Below the pieces are notes generated by a model. It was not told the DNA's origin and searched no databases. It was given only the letters and a program-made list of their open reading frames with translations. Shown piece after piece: positions 7,981 to 15,829 of a DNA stretch of 23,944 nucleotides. The translations under genes and the position numbers were made by a program. This stretch comes from Candidatus Xenobia bacterium (GTDB lineage Bacteria; Vulcanimicrobiota; Xenobia; Xenobiales; QWHO01). Each line of letters opens with the position of its first letter. The stretch's first letter is position 1. The stretch is from contig BTUM01000107.1 in assembly GCA_045863235.1 (NCBI GenBank), positions 1 to 23,944 on the forward strand, read 5' to 3'.

Positions 7981-9450
7981 ATGCGTAGCCTTTTTCTCGC
8001 CCTTCTGCTCATTTTGCCCCTCTCGGCTCAACAACCGCTCGAGCCTTTCATCGAGAAGACCATGCGGCAATACGACGTCCCGGGTTGCTCGGTGGCCCTG
8101 ATTCAGAACGGTCAGGTGACGATGCTGCGGGGCTTCGGGTTGCGCCGTCTGGGAACCAGCGAGCCGGTCGGTCCGGACACGATCTTCCCGCTGGCTTCCG
8201 TGACCAAGACCTACACCGGCGTCCTGGCCGGGGTGGTGGTGCAGGACGGCAAGCTCCGATGGGACCAGCCGGTGGTCGAGGTGATGCCGCAAGTGAGGTT
8301 GAACCAGGATTATCCGACTCTGCACGTCACCGTGACCGACTTTTTGAGCCATCGCAGCGGTTTGCCCGCCTTTACCGGTGATCTGTTCGACAAGCTGGGA
8401 TACTCCCACCAGGAGGTCATCCGGCGCATCCAGTTCCTCCCTCTGAGCGCCGGCTTTCGTGAGCATGACGCCTACTCGAACGTGGGCTTCTTTCTGGCCG
8501 GAATGACCTGCGCTCGGGCCGCCGGGGTGAGTTGGGAAGACCTGGTGCAGCAGAGGATCCTGGCTCCCCTCAAGCTGACCCGAACCGGTTTCTTCACGGG
8601 TCCGATCCCGCCAGGGGCAGATATTGCCTCGCCTCACATGGGCAAGAAACCGTTGCGGGAGTTCGACCCCCAGACAGTGCTCGGGCCTGCCGGTCTGATG
8701 ACCTCGACCGCTCGCGACATGAGCCGTTTCGCCCTTATGCTTCTCAACCAGGGCGAGCTCGACGGAGTACGCCTTCTGACGGCAGATACGGTCCAGCATC
8801 TGTTTACCCCGGCCATGGTGGCCGAGCCAGGTTTCGCTGACATGGCGCCTATCTTTGCCGATTCTGGATTCTCTTACGGAATGGGCGTGGGCATCTACCA
8901 CTACAATGGTTACCAGGTCATCGAGAAAGGCGGAGCCCGCGCCGGCGTGCGCAGCCTGCTGACGCTGGTGCCCGAGAAAAAGCTGGGGCTCGTGATTCTC
9001 TGCAATCAGAGCACCACCGCCTTTCCCGAGGCGGTTCGAGCCAGGGTGCTCGAGAACGAGCTCGGCTCGGCCCGTCAGGACTTGCAGAGCTTGATCTGGC
9101 AGCAACAGCTCAAGGTGGACAAGATGCTGGCCGCCGTGCCAGTCGAGGCGCCCGGTCCACCTGCCGTGACCAGGCCCTCACCTTTGCCTCTCGAGAGCTA
9201 CGTGGGCGAGTACGACAACCCCCTCTACGGCACGCTCAAAGTGACCCGCAACGGATCCCACCTGGCCTGGGCGATCGGGCCGGCCCGTTACGGCGGTCCT
9301 CTCTACCTGGAGGGCCTGACCACCTTTCTGATGGTGGAGCCGGCGGGCCAGATCTCGATCCCGGGTGATGCCACCTTCGTGGTCAACGAGAAGGGTGAGG
9401 TGCTCTCGGTTCAGACCGACTACGGGGTGTTCGTCAGGCAGAAGAAGTAG
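7981..9450 (+). CDS. Exported serine hydrolase, class C beta-lactamase family, with DUF3471-like C-terminal domain
   Basis: Signal peptide MRSLFLALLLILPLSA from ATG 7981. SxxK (ASVTK), FLSHRSGL, YSN, EKGG; C-terminal LESYVGEYDNPLYGTLKV. Confidence 0.92.
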   Translation: MRSLFLALLLILPLSAQQPLEPFIEKTMRQYDVPGCSVALIQNGQVTMLRGFGLRRLGTSEPVGPDTIFPLASVTKTYTGVLAGVVVQDGKLRWDQPVVEVMPQVRLNQDYPTLHVTVTDFLSHRSGLPAFTGDLFDKLGYSHQEVIRRIQFLPLSAGFREHDAYSNVGFFLAGMTCARAAGVSWEDLVQQRILAPLKLTRTGFFTGPIPPGADIASPHMGKKPLREFDPQTVLGPAGLMTSTARDMSRFALMLLNQGELDGVRLLTADTVQHLFTPAMVAEPGFADMAPIFADSGFSYGMGVGIYHYNGYQVIEKGGARAGVRSLLTLVPEKKLGLVILCNQSTTAFPEAVRARVLENELGSARQDLQSLIWQQQLKVDKMLAAVPVEAPGPPAVTRPSPLPLESYVGEYDNPLYGTLKVTRNGSHLAWAIGPARYGGPLYLEGLTTFLMVEPAGQISIPGDATFVVNEKGEVLSVQTDYGVFVRQKK

Positions 9451-9517
9451 TCGTTTTGGTACAGTAGCGGGCACTGATACTGTCAGGATATCAGGGTAGA
9501 AACCACTTGAACGTGAC

Positions 9518-9546
9518 GCGCCCAGTTTCTGATCGAAACTGGGCGC
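9518..9546. terminator. Perfect 12-bp hairpin between convergent genes (possible bidirectional terminator or REP-like palindrome)
   Basis: gcgcccagtttc-tgatc-gaaactgggcgc. Confidence 0.6.
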
Positions 9547-9589
9547 TTCACTGTAACAGCGCGCCGGAACAACAAGACCAAAGTGCGAG

Positions 9590-10015
9590 CTAGCGCGGCG
9601 GCCCTGTCGGGGCAGCATCGAAGCGGCCGGAGAACTCGACCGTAACCTCACCGGTGGGGGAGATGTTGGAAGCCCGGAAAGACCCTTTGCGCCCTTTGAA
9701 CGAGCTGGTGGACTCGAACGGAGTGCTGAAGTTGAGGGTCTTTTTCTCACCCGGACCGACCATCGCGGGCTGGCGCAGCTCCTGGACGTCGAGCATGCCA
9801 CCCTGTTTGCGGTCGGCGCTGGAGACCTTGGGGTTGAAGCGCACCACCGCCAGGCCCTGGATCGGCTCCGGGCCCGAGTTGGTCACGGTGACCTCGACGA
9901 CGACCGGTTTGCGCACGTCTCCCTGGGCGTTGGCGGAGCAATCGACCCGCACCGTGTTTTGAGCCAGCAGGGGCAGGGCCAGGAACAAGATGGCGAGCAA
10001 GCTACGTTTCTTCAT
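9590..10015 (-). CDS. Small exported beta-rich (Ig-like) hypothetical protein
   Basis: ATG at 10015 gives the signal peptide MKKRSLLAILFLALPLLA-QN. Ig-like motifs VEVTVTNSGPEPIQG and VGPGEKKTLNF. Confidence 0.8.
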   Translation of the reverse strand: MKKRSLLAILFLALPLLAQNTVRVDCSANAQGDVRKPVVVEVTVTNSGPEPIQGLAVVRFNPKVSSADRKQGGMLDVQELRQPAMVGPGEKKTLNFSTPFESTSSFKGRKGSFRASNISPTGEVTVEFSGRFDAAPTGPPR

Positions 10016-10139
10016 GCAAGGGGGGTTCGCGAGCCGATCTAGGGGTCCTGCGCTTGCGCAGAGAGGGTTGACACCTGCAGAAGCTGGGGATCGATCCAGG
10101 CTGAAAGAGGTCTGCAGCAGGTGGAGAACTGCGTCCAGA

Positions 10140-11405
10140 ATGCAAGAGCTGCAGTCCATTTTCGATGAGATCAAGAGAGCCGGGCGACTCGACTCCGAGG
10201 GAGTCTTCACGGCCTGCGACGAGGGCGCGCTCGACCGCCTCAGCCGTTCGTTGCTGCCCGACCCGGAGATGTATCACCTCAAGTGCATTCAGGCCCTGGT
10301 GGCGGCCGGAGCCGAGTCCGTCAAGGTGCGCCAGAAGACTGCCTGGGTCACGGTTGAGGGTGGGCCGGTAGGCTCCCCTCCCGAAGTCTCGCCTCGCGAT
10401 TGGATCGCACAGGCCTGGCAGTCTCAGGTGCCGGGCATCCGTTACCTGACCTGCGCACTGGTGGGTGCCTGGAGTCTGTTCGAGGAGATCCGGATCCACT
10501 GGGGCAGCCTCAACTGGCGTCTGAGACCTGGTGAGAGCGTCTTGCCCGAGTCCGTCCCTGGCGATAACGAAGGCCAGGCGCGCTTCGATTTCAAGCGCAA
10601 GCACTGGACCCTGTTTGGCAAACGTACCTTGCATGCCGGACGGGCTTTTGCCTGCCCCGTGCCCATCCACTCACCCTGGTCGTGGACTCGGGGTATGTGG
10701 CAAATCTGGCCATACAACGAAACCAGCGAGGTAGAGGCGCGCATTCCCGGGCTACTGGGGGCGGTGGCTCTGGCCAGCCCGGAGGGGAGATTGCTGGTGC
10801 CCGATAGCATGGGCAGTTTTCCCGTCTTTCTCGAGCCCGAGCGGCCGGCCGTGCCCTTGCTCTCGACCCAGGAAAAGCAGGATGGCATGGAGGCCAACTG
10901 GTTTCGTTGCGAGCGCATTTATCTTTTGACCGACTCCGAGGAGATGGGGCGAGTTCTTCCGATCGAGGCGGGGATCGCCCTCGACCCCGTGCTCTGCGAC
11001 CTCGGGGTTTCGGGACTTCGCTGTGTGATCTCCACCGAGCGGGAGGGCTTGAGCACCGACCTGAGTCAGTTCCAGGTCCGCGACGACGAGGCCCTGAAGA
11101 CCCTTCTGGCAGCTCTGCGGCAGGAGGCCCCCGAGCTGATTGCTCGCACCTGTGAGCATCTCAGGAGCTGGAAGCCTGAACTCCGCTTTACCAACTTGAA
11201 CTCGGCCGGGTTCGGGGGCTTTGTGGCCGGGGGAGCCCTGGGCTTCGGCTTGATGGCCGTGACGGGATTCGCCGCTCCCCTGCATTTTCTGGCTATCCCG
11301 GGGGCCATGTTGGGGATCTATGCCGGCTCGCACTACTGGCGTCGGCGCGCTCTCAAGAGCTTACGGATGAAGCTCGACAAGACTGCGCGCGGCCATAAGA
11401 GCTAG
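10140..11405 (+). CDS. Hypothetical membrane-anchored protein with degenerate Hsp90/GHKL-like N-terminus
   Basis: From ATG 10140: GRLDSEGVFT...LDRLSRSLLPDPEMYHLKCIQALVAAGAESVKV resembles the start of Hsp90-like GHKL domains. Hydrophobic hairpin at the C-terminus (GFGGFVAGGALGFGLMAV...LAIPGAMLGIYAG). Confidence 0.7.
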   Translation: MQELQSIFDEIKRAGRLDSEGVFTACDEGALDRLSRSLLPDPEMYHLKCIQALVAAGAESVKVRQKTAWVTVEGGPVGSPPEVSPRDWIAQAWQSQVPGIRYLTCALVGAWSLFEEIRIHWGSLNWRLRPGESVLPESVPGDNEGQARFDFKRKHWTLFGKRTLHAGRAFACPVPIHSPWSWTRGMWQIWPYNETSEVEARIPGLLGAVALASPEGRLLVPDSMGSFPVFLEPERPAVPLLSTQEKQDGMEANWFRCERIYLLTDSEEMGRVLPIEAGIALDPVLCDLGVSGLRCVISTEREGLSTDLSQFQVRDDEALKTLLAALRQEAPELIARTCEHLRSWKPELRFTNLNSAGFGGFVAGGALGFGLMAVTGFAAPLHFLAIPGAMLGIYAGSHYWRRRALKSLRMKLDKTARGHKS

Positions 11406-11840
11406 CGTTGCGGCCCCACCTATCCCGGGTGAAACCAGCGAGCCAGCCGAGGCGGCGGCCGCCGCCAGGTCGAGGGCACCGGCCAGGTGACGACCTTCGT
11501 TGAGCTCCAGCACTCCGCGGGTTCCCAGCAGCACGGTTGTCAGACCGGCCAGGATGGGCTGGGCGGCGTTCAGCAGCGTGCCCTCGGCCAGGTGACGGGT
11601 CCACTCGGGATTGAGCACGATTCCCTGACCCGGGTTGATGGTGAATCCGCCCGCCGGAAAGCGCTGGGCGAAGCCGGTGGCGGCCGACAGGGCGCCGGAT
11701 GCCAGTCCATAGGTGTAAGCCGGCAGCGCCAGGGCTTTGCTCCACGAGAAGCTCTCGGCAGGCTGGGCCTGAGTCTGTTGAGCCTCTGGCCGGTTCGCGC
11801 GGCTGGGCAGCGTGGTGAAATGGGCAGCATGAACCTGCAT
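11361..11840 (-). CDS. Small Gly/Ala-rich hydrophobic hypothetical protein
   Basis: AAAGGGG SD before ATG 11840. Polar N-terminus followed by several hydrophobic Gly/Ala-rich helices. 3' end overlaps the convergent gene by 45 bp. Confidence 0.75.
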   Translation of the reverse strand: MQVHAAHFTTLPSRANRPEAQQTQAQPAESFSWSKALALPAYTYGLASGALSAATGFAQRFPAGGFTINPGQGIVLNPEWTRHLAEGTLLNAAQPILAGLTTVLLGTRGVLELNEGRHLAGALDLAAAAASAGSLVSPGIGGAATLALMAARSLVELHP

Positions 11841-12023
11841 GGCGTGATTGTCCCCTTTGTCTGTGTCCCGGCCATCTTAGTGATCCGAACCGTGGGGATT
11901 GTTGCCGCTCCGTTACAGTTGGGATGAGACATGCTGCAAACACACGGGCCAGGAGGTTGCAGAATTTTTTTCATTTTGTTCGCAAAGACTTTCGCCCCGC
12001 CTGATTGAAAGAACTTCTCCAAC

Positions 12024-13529
12024 ATGGTCAAGAGGTGTCTACCTGTCGAGCGTCCCGAATCCGGGGTCGAGCCGTGCCTGGCCGACCTGGTCTGGCAGCG
12101 TTGTCTGGCCGGGGCTCGACGGGTTTGGCTGCGCTTCGTCTGGAAGGGCAGTCGCAGCTACCTCACGGTGCAAGACGACGGACCGGCTTTGCCCCGCAAT
12201 GAGCCCCTGGCCCTGTGGGGAGGCGAGGACCTGAGCTGGACCGGGCGGGTTCTGGTTCAGACGCGCTCCGGGCCCAGCACGCGCAACTGGGGCTGGCAGC
12301 TTGACCCGGTGGGCGGTCCCTGGCTGGAGCTCAAGGGGCTGGCTTCCGAATCACGCCAGCGGTTACAAGAGCGCTGGTTTGAGGTGGCTCGTGGCAATCT
12401 GGTGTTGTGTGAAGACCTGGCTGGATGGCCGGAGATCTCGGGTCGCCAGCGCGATCCTCGACGCTTCTCCGAGCGCGTTCGTCAGATCGGGCAATTTTTG
12501 AGTCAGGTTTTGCATCGTCTGCTGGAAGATCGGCTCGAGCTGATTCTGGGTGGCCACCGCGTGGTGGCCGACGACCCACTGCGCGGGCGGCGTTTTGCCG
12601 CCGTCCACCGCCTGGGGCGAAAGGTCATCCCAACGGCTCAGGGCGAGTTCGTGGCGCGCCTGGTGCAACTTGATCCGCGTCCGGGTCAGAGCGTCCCCGA
12701 GGGTCTCTTTGCCTATCAGGATGGTCGCTTGCTGGTGAACGGGCAGTCGCTGGGAGGTCCGACCGGAGCCTGTGTGGTGCTCGAACTGCCCGCTGAGGGA
12801 GCTGCCGTCGATTGCCTGCGGACTGGCCAGGACTGGCTTCCCGGCGAAGTCAGGGCTGTGCTCGAACGCCTGATTCGCTCGCTGCAACGACGGGCAATCG
12901 TTCGCCCGGCTCCGCGTCTGGCGGTGCGCGGGCTGGCCCGCCGTGGCGAGAAAAAGCCCCAGCATCCATGGGCTTTGCGCCTGTGGAGTTCGGCTCGATT
13001 TCAGTCCCAGTTCTTGCCCGAGGACGCGCCCTTTCGGGGCAGTCTGGCGGGGTTGCTCGACCTTCTGGCCGAGCGCCAGTGGACGGTGGACGAGCTGGTG
13101 GCCCGCTTGCGTCAGCCGCGACCTTATCTGATGCAACAGCTTGACCGACTTTACCGTATGTTGAGCTGCGAAGACCGCACTGCCCTGGCGCTCAGCCCTG
13201 ATGGCCGCCTGGTCGTGCTCCTGCCGCACGTCGCCGATCAGCTGTGTGCCCTCGACATGGAGCGAGTCGAGGCCACCACTGCCATGGGCGATCCGGTAGT
13301 CCTCGAGCTGCCCGTGCGCCTGAACGCGCAGGAACGGTTGGTGCTCGAGAATCTGGCTCGTCACGGCACCATGAGCGAGGCGGAGCTTTCGCGCGTGATC
13401 GGGACCCGCCGGGTGGGAGGGCTGCTCGAATCGCTCTCCAGCCGGCTCGATCGGGCCGGTTGGAAGGCGCTGGTGCCAGAAGGAGAAGGCCCGAACGGTC
13501 GCATCTACTCGTTGCGCCGCTCGTCTTGA
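12024..13529 (+). CDS. Degenerate MORC/GHKL ATPase-like protein with two C-terminal winged-helix-like domains
   Basis: VEPCLADLVWQRCLAGARRVWLRFVWKGSRSYLTVQDDG, FLSQVLHRLLED...DDPL and EGLFAYQDGRLL follow the prokaryotic MORC-type ATPase layout. C-terminal LNAQERLVLENLARHGTMSEAELSRVIGTRRV looks like a wHTH. Confidence 0.7.
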   Translation: MVKRCLPVERPESGVEPCLADLVWQRCLAGARRVWLRFVWKGSRSYLTVQDDGPALPRNEPLALWGGEDLSWTGRVLVQTRSGPSTRNWGWQLDPVGGPWLELKGLASESRQRLQERWFEVARGNLVLCEDLAGWPEISGRQRDPRRFSERVRQIGQFLSQVLHRLLEDRLELILGGHRVVADDPLRGRRFAAVHRLGRKVIPTAQGEFVARLVQLDPRPGQSVPEGLFAYQDGRLLVNGQSLGGPTGACVVLELPAEGAAVDCLRTGQDWLPGEVRAVLERLIRSLQRRAIVRPAPRLAVRGLARRGEKKPQHPWALRLWSSARFQSQFLPEDAPFRGSLAGLLDLLAERQWTVDELVARLRQPRPYLMQQLDRLYRMLSCEDRTALALSPDGRLVVLLPHVADQLCALDMERVEATTAMGDPVVLELPVRLNAQERLVLENLARHGTMSEAELSRVIGTRRVGGLLESLSSRLDRAGWKALVPEGEGPNGRIYSLRRSS

Positions 13530-13562
13530 GAGCGTAGCTCCTTTGACGCCACAGGGGGTTCT

Positions 13563-13660
13563 AATGTGCTCGCACTTTGGTTTTGCACATTCTCTGACGA
13601 ACGCGCTGGAACGCAGTTTCGGCGCGTTGTAAAGTGCAAGACCAAAGGCCTTGCACTTTA
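13563..13660. repeat. Cluster of three intergenic hairpins; the last includes the stop codon of the FlhA/FliG chimera and is a likely terminator
   Basis: aatgtgc..gcacatt (13563-13591); aacgcgctggaac-gca-gtttcggcgcgtt (13600-13628); taaagtgcaag-accaaaggc-cttgcacttta (13630-13660). Confidence 0.75.
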
Positions 13661-15829
13661 GCGGGGCTCTACCCTGGCCCCTCCCTCGGAGTAGAAGCCG
13701 GCAATGAACTCCTGGGCCACCAGCTGTCGGTAGCCCGAACGCGCCAGCGCCCAGGGGAGACACGAGCCGTGGGCGCAGAGCCATTTTTCGACCTCGCGCG
13801 AGGTTTCGGGGCCCAGGGAATGGATCAGGGTGACCGCCTTCTCGGGGCCCGTGAGGTAGGGCGACTCGGTGTTGAGGGAGAGCAGCTGCTGGGCCGTCCG
13901 CTGGGGATAGATCCGGGCCACCTCCTGAAAACGGGTCACCGGGTCTTTCTCGTTGAGCCAGCGGTATCGCAGGAAACTGGCCACCGAGGAGGGAGAGCTG
14001 TGAGCCAGGCGCTGGGTTTCGGCCAGCGCGATCTCGCCGGGCATCTGCAGCTCCTCGCGCAGAAAGACCTGCTTCAAGCTGGCCAGAAACTCGCCGGCCA
14101 CGCGCTCACGGATCTGGTTGTGGTTGGGGTCGGAGGGCTTTTCGAGCAGTTGGTATGCGGTCAACTTGCCTACTTCAGCGATGACCTGGCGGCTGCGGGC
14201 CGGCGGAAGACGATTGAGCACCGCCTGGGAAATCAACTCGGCGACCTCGATCGGCAATAGATTCAGCAGCAGGGCCAGACGGCGTCGGGGGCCCAGAGCC
14301 GGCTCGGTGCGCGAGCCCTCGCGCAAGAACTGCTGCAGCCATTGCACGAACCGACGCTGGTTGCTCCAGTAGAGGCGCTGACCTTGCAGCCGTTCCCACA
14401 GGCTCTTGACGCGATCGGGCGCCAGCGAGCGAACGCGCACGAATCCCTTGGCCAGCTCCACCGACTCGTCCGGAGTCAGTTGCTCCATGACGTTGTTAAT
14501 GTCCCAGTGGTGGATCCGATGCAGCACCGCCAGGGCGGCCGCCACTGGAATGTCGGCGGTCGCGATCACCGGACCGGCATACACCGAGTTGCCCTGGAGA
14601 GCCAGTTGGGTCAGGGTTTCCGGGTCACGCTCCTCGGTGTCGCCGATCAGCTTGAGGAGGTGGCCGATCTCGCCGATCGAGCCTTTGGCCCGCCACAGCT
14701 TGTGCAGGAACGATTTCAGCTCGTCCATGCGGATGATCTCGGGTATGACCGACTTGATGCCGGTGGATTCGACCTGCTTGGCCCGACTCACCAGGTTGTA
14801 GACCTCCTGCGTTTCCAGCAGAGCGGGGCCGTGCACGTTGAGCAACCGGTTCAGGTGCCAGGCCAGCACATCGGCCGGCCAGAGGACCAGGCACCCCAGA
14901 TCTTCCGCCCGGCGAGCGCGCCGCGGGTGGATCCAGTAGCTCGGAAGCCCGTGCGAGTAGTCGATGCTACGCTCCGGGTCGAGCCTCTCGAGCAAGGTCG
15001 AGGAGCCCAGCGCCAGACGACCGGCAAGCTCCAGTCGACCGCGCGCCACTTCGCGACCACGAATCTTGACGCGGTACTCGTCTTCAGCCAGGTCAGAGCA
15101 TTTGAGGACCGGGATCTCGGGCGAGACAAGCCCCAGCTCCTTGAGACGAGCCAGCAGGGCTTTGAAATTCGCGTAGCGAGCTTTGATCTGGGGGGTCACG
15201 ACGGCATAGCCCGCCTCAGCCATCTCGACGCAGATCGGGTCGAGACGCACCGGGGGCACCTGGGCCAGCGGCGGGGTCGGGGAGGGGAGGGCGGCCAGGG
15301 GCCGAGGCTCGGGCGGCTGGGGCTCGGCCCGGCGCTCTTCAGCGACCGGCTGGTTGCGACCCCGGCGTTCGCGGCGGGGGCTCTTGCCCGTGAGCGCCAG
15401 CGGGATGCCGGCCAGTCCGGCTGCCATGCCGGCCAGCCCCAGGCCCAGGAAAAGCCAGCCAGGGGAAACCCGGGCTCGGGAGGCCCGACGGCGCTCGCGA
15501 TCGATCGGAAGGCCGCTGAGCCACAGTTGCTGCATGACGGCAGCCACCGTGCCCGGTGAAGTTCGGGCCAACTGGTCCACTGCGGCCAGAGCTGCCGCGT
15601 AGGTCCGGCCGGAGGTGGCCGAAGTGGCCGCATGGTCGAGGAACTCAGCCAGAACCCGGGCCCGTTCCTGGGGACTGGCGGCCGAGGACAGCTCCTTGAG
15701 CTGGGAGGTGACCGCCTGGCTCTGCTCGACCCCGAGCTCTTTGAACAGCTTGGCGGCCGCCTCGGGGGTCAAAGCCATCAGCACGATGGCGATTTTCTGG
15801 AAGTTGGAGTCGAGGTTGGCGGGGTGCAT
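13658..15829 (-). CDS. Chimeric protein: FliG-N-like and FliF-C-like repeats, one hydrophobic segment, and a truncated FlhA/SctV cytoplasmic domain
   Basis: FliG-N-like QKIAIVLMALTPEAAAKLFKEL...ERARVLAEF and LTGPEKAVTLIHSLGPETSREV. FlhA-C-like LKELGLVSPEIPVLKCSDLAEDEYRVKIRGREVARGRL, GLPSYWI, PADVLAWHL, LLETQEVYNLV, DPETLTQ. ATG 15829 is preferred over the ORF-track TTG at 15910. Confidence 0.85.
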   Translation of the reverse strand: MHPANLDSNFQKIAIVLMALTPEAAAKLFKELGVEQSQAVTSQLKELSSAASPQERARVLAEFLDHAATSATSGRTYAAALAAVDQLARTSPGTVAAVMQQLWLSGLPIDRERRRASRARVSPGWLFLGLGLAGMAAGLAGIPLALTGKSPRRERRGRNQPVAEERRAEPQPPEPRPLAALPSPTPPLAQVPPVRLDPICVEMAEAGYAVVTPQIKARYANFKALLARLKELGLVSPEIPVLKCSDLAEDEYRVKIRGREVARGRLELAGRLALGSSTLLERLDPERSIDYSHGLPSYWIHPRRARRAEDLGCLVLWPADVLAWHLNRLLNVHGPALLETQEVYNLVSRAKQVESTGIKSVIPEIIRMDELKSFLHKLWRAKGSIGEIGHLLKLIGDTEERDPETLTQLALQGNSVYAGPVIATADIPVAAALAVLHRIHHWDINNVMEQLTPDESVELAKGFVRVRSLAPDRVKSLWERLQGQRLYWSNQRRFVQWLQQFLREGSRTEPALGPRRRLALLLNLLPIEVAELISQAVLNRLPPARSRQVIAEVGKLTAYQLLEKPSDPNHNQIRERVAGEFLASLKQVFLREELQMPGEIALAETQRLAHSSPSSVASFLRYRWLNEKDPVTRFQEVARIYPQRTAQQLLSLNTESPYLTGPEKAVTLIHSLGPETSREVEKWLCAHGSCLPWALARSGYRQLVAQEFIAGFYSEGGARVEPR

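Noticed and set aside
4482..9105. Long minus-strand ORFs 4482..6473 and 7954..9105
   Set aside because: Antisense to the DUF3352-like and serine hydrolase genes, which have signal peptides and family motifs.
7981..9450. Calling the serine hydrolase an AmpC resistance gene
   Set aside because: The extra DUF3471-like domain and the EKG (not KTG) motif fit the broad esterase/peptidase members; substrate cannot be inferred.
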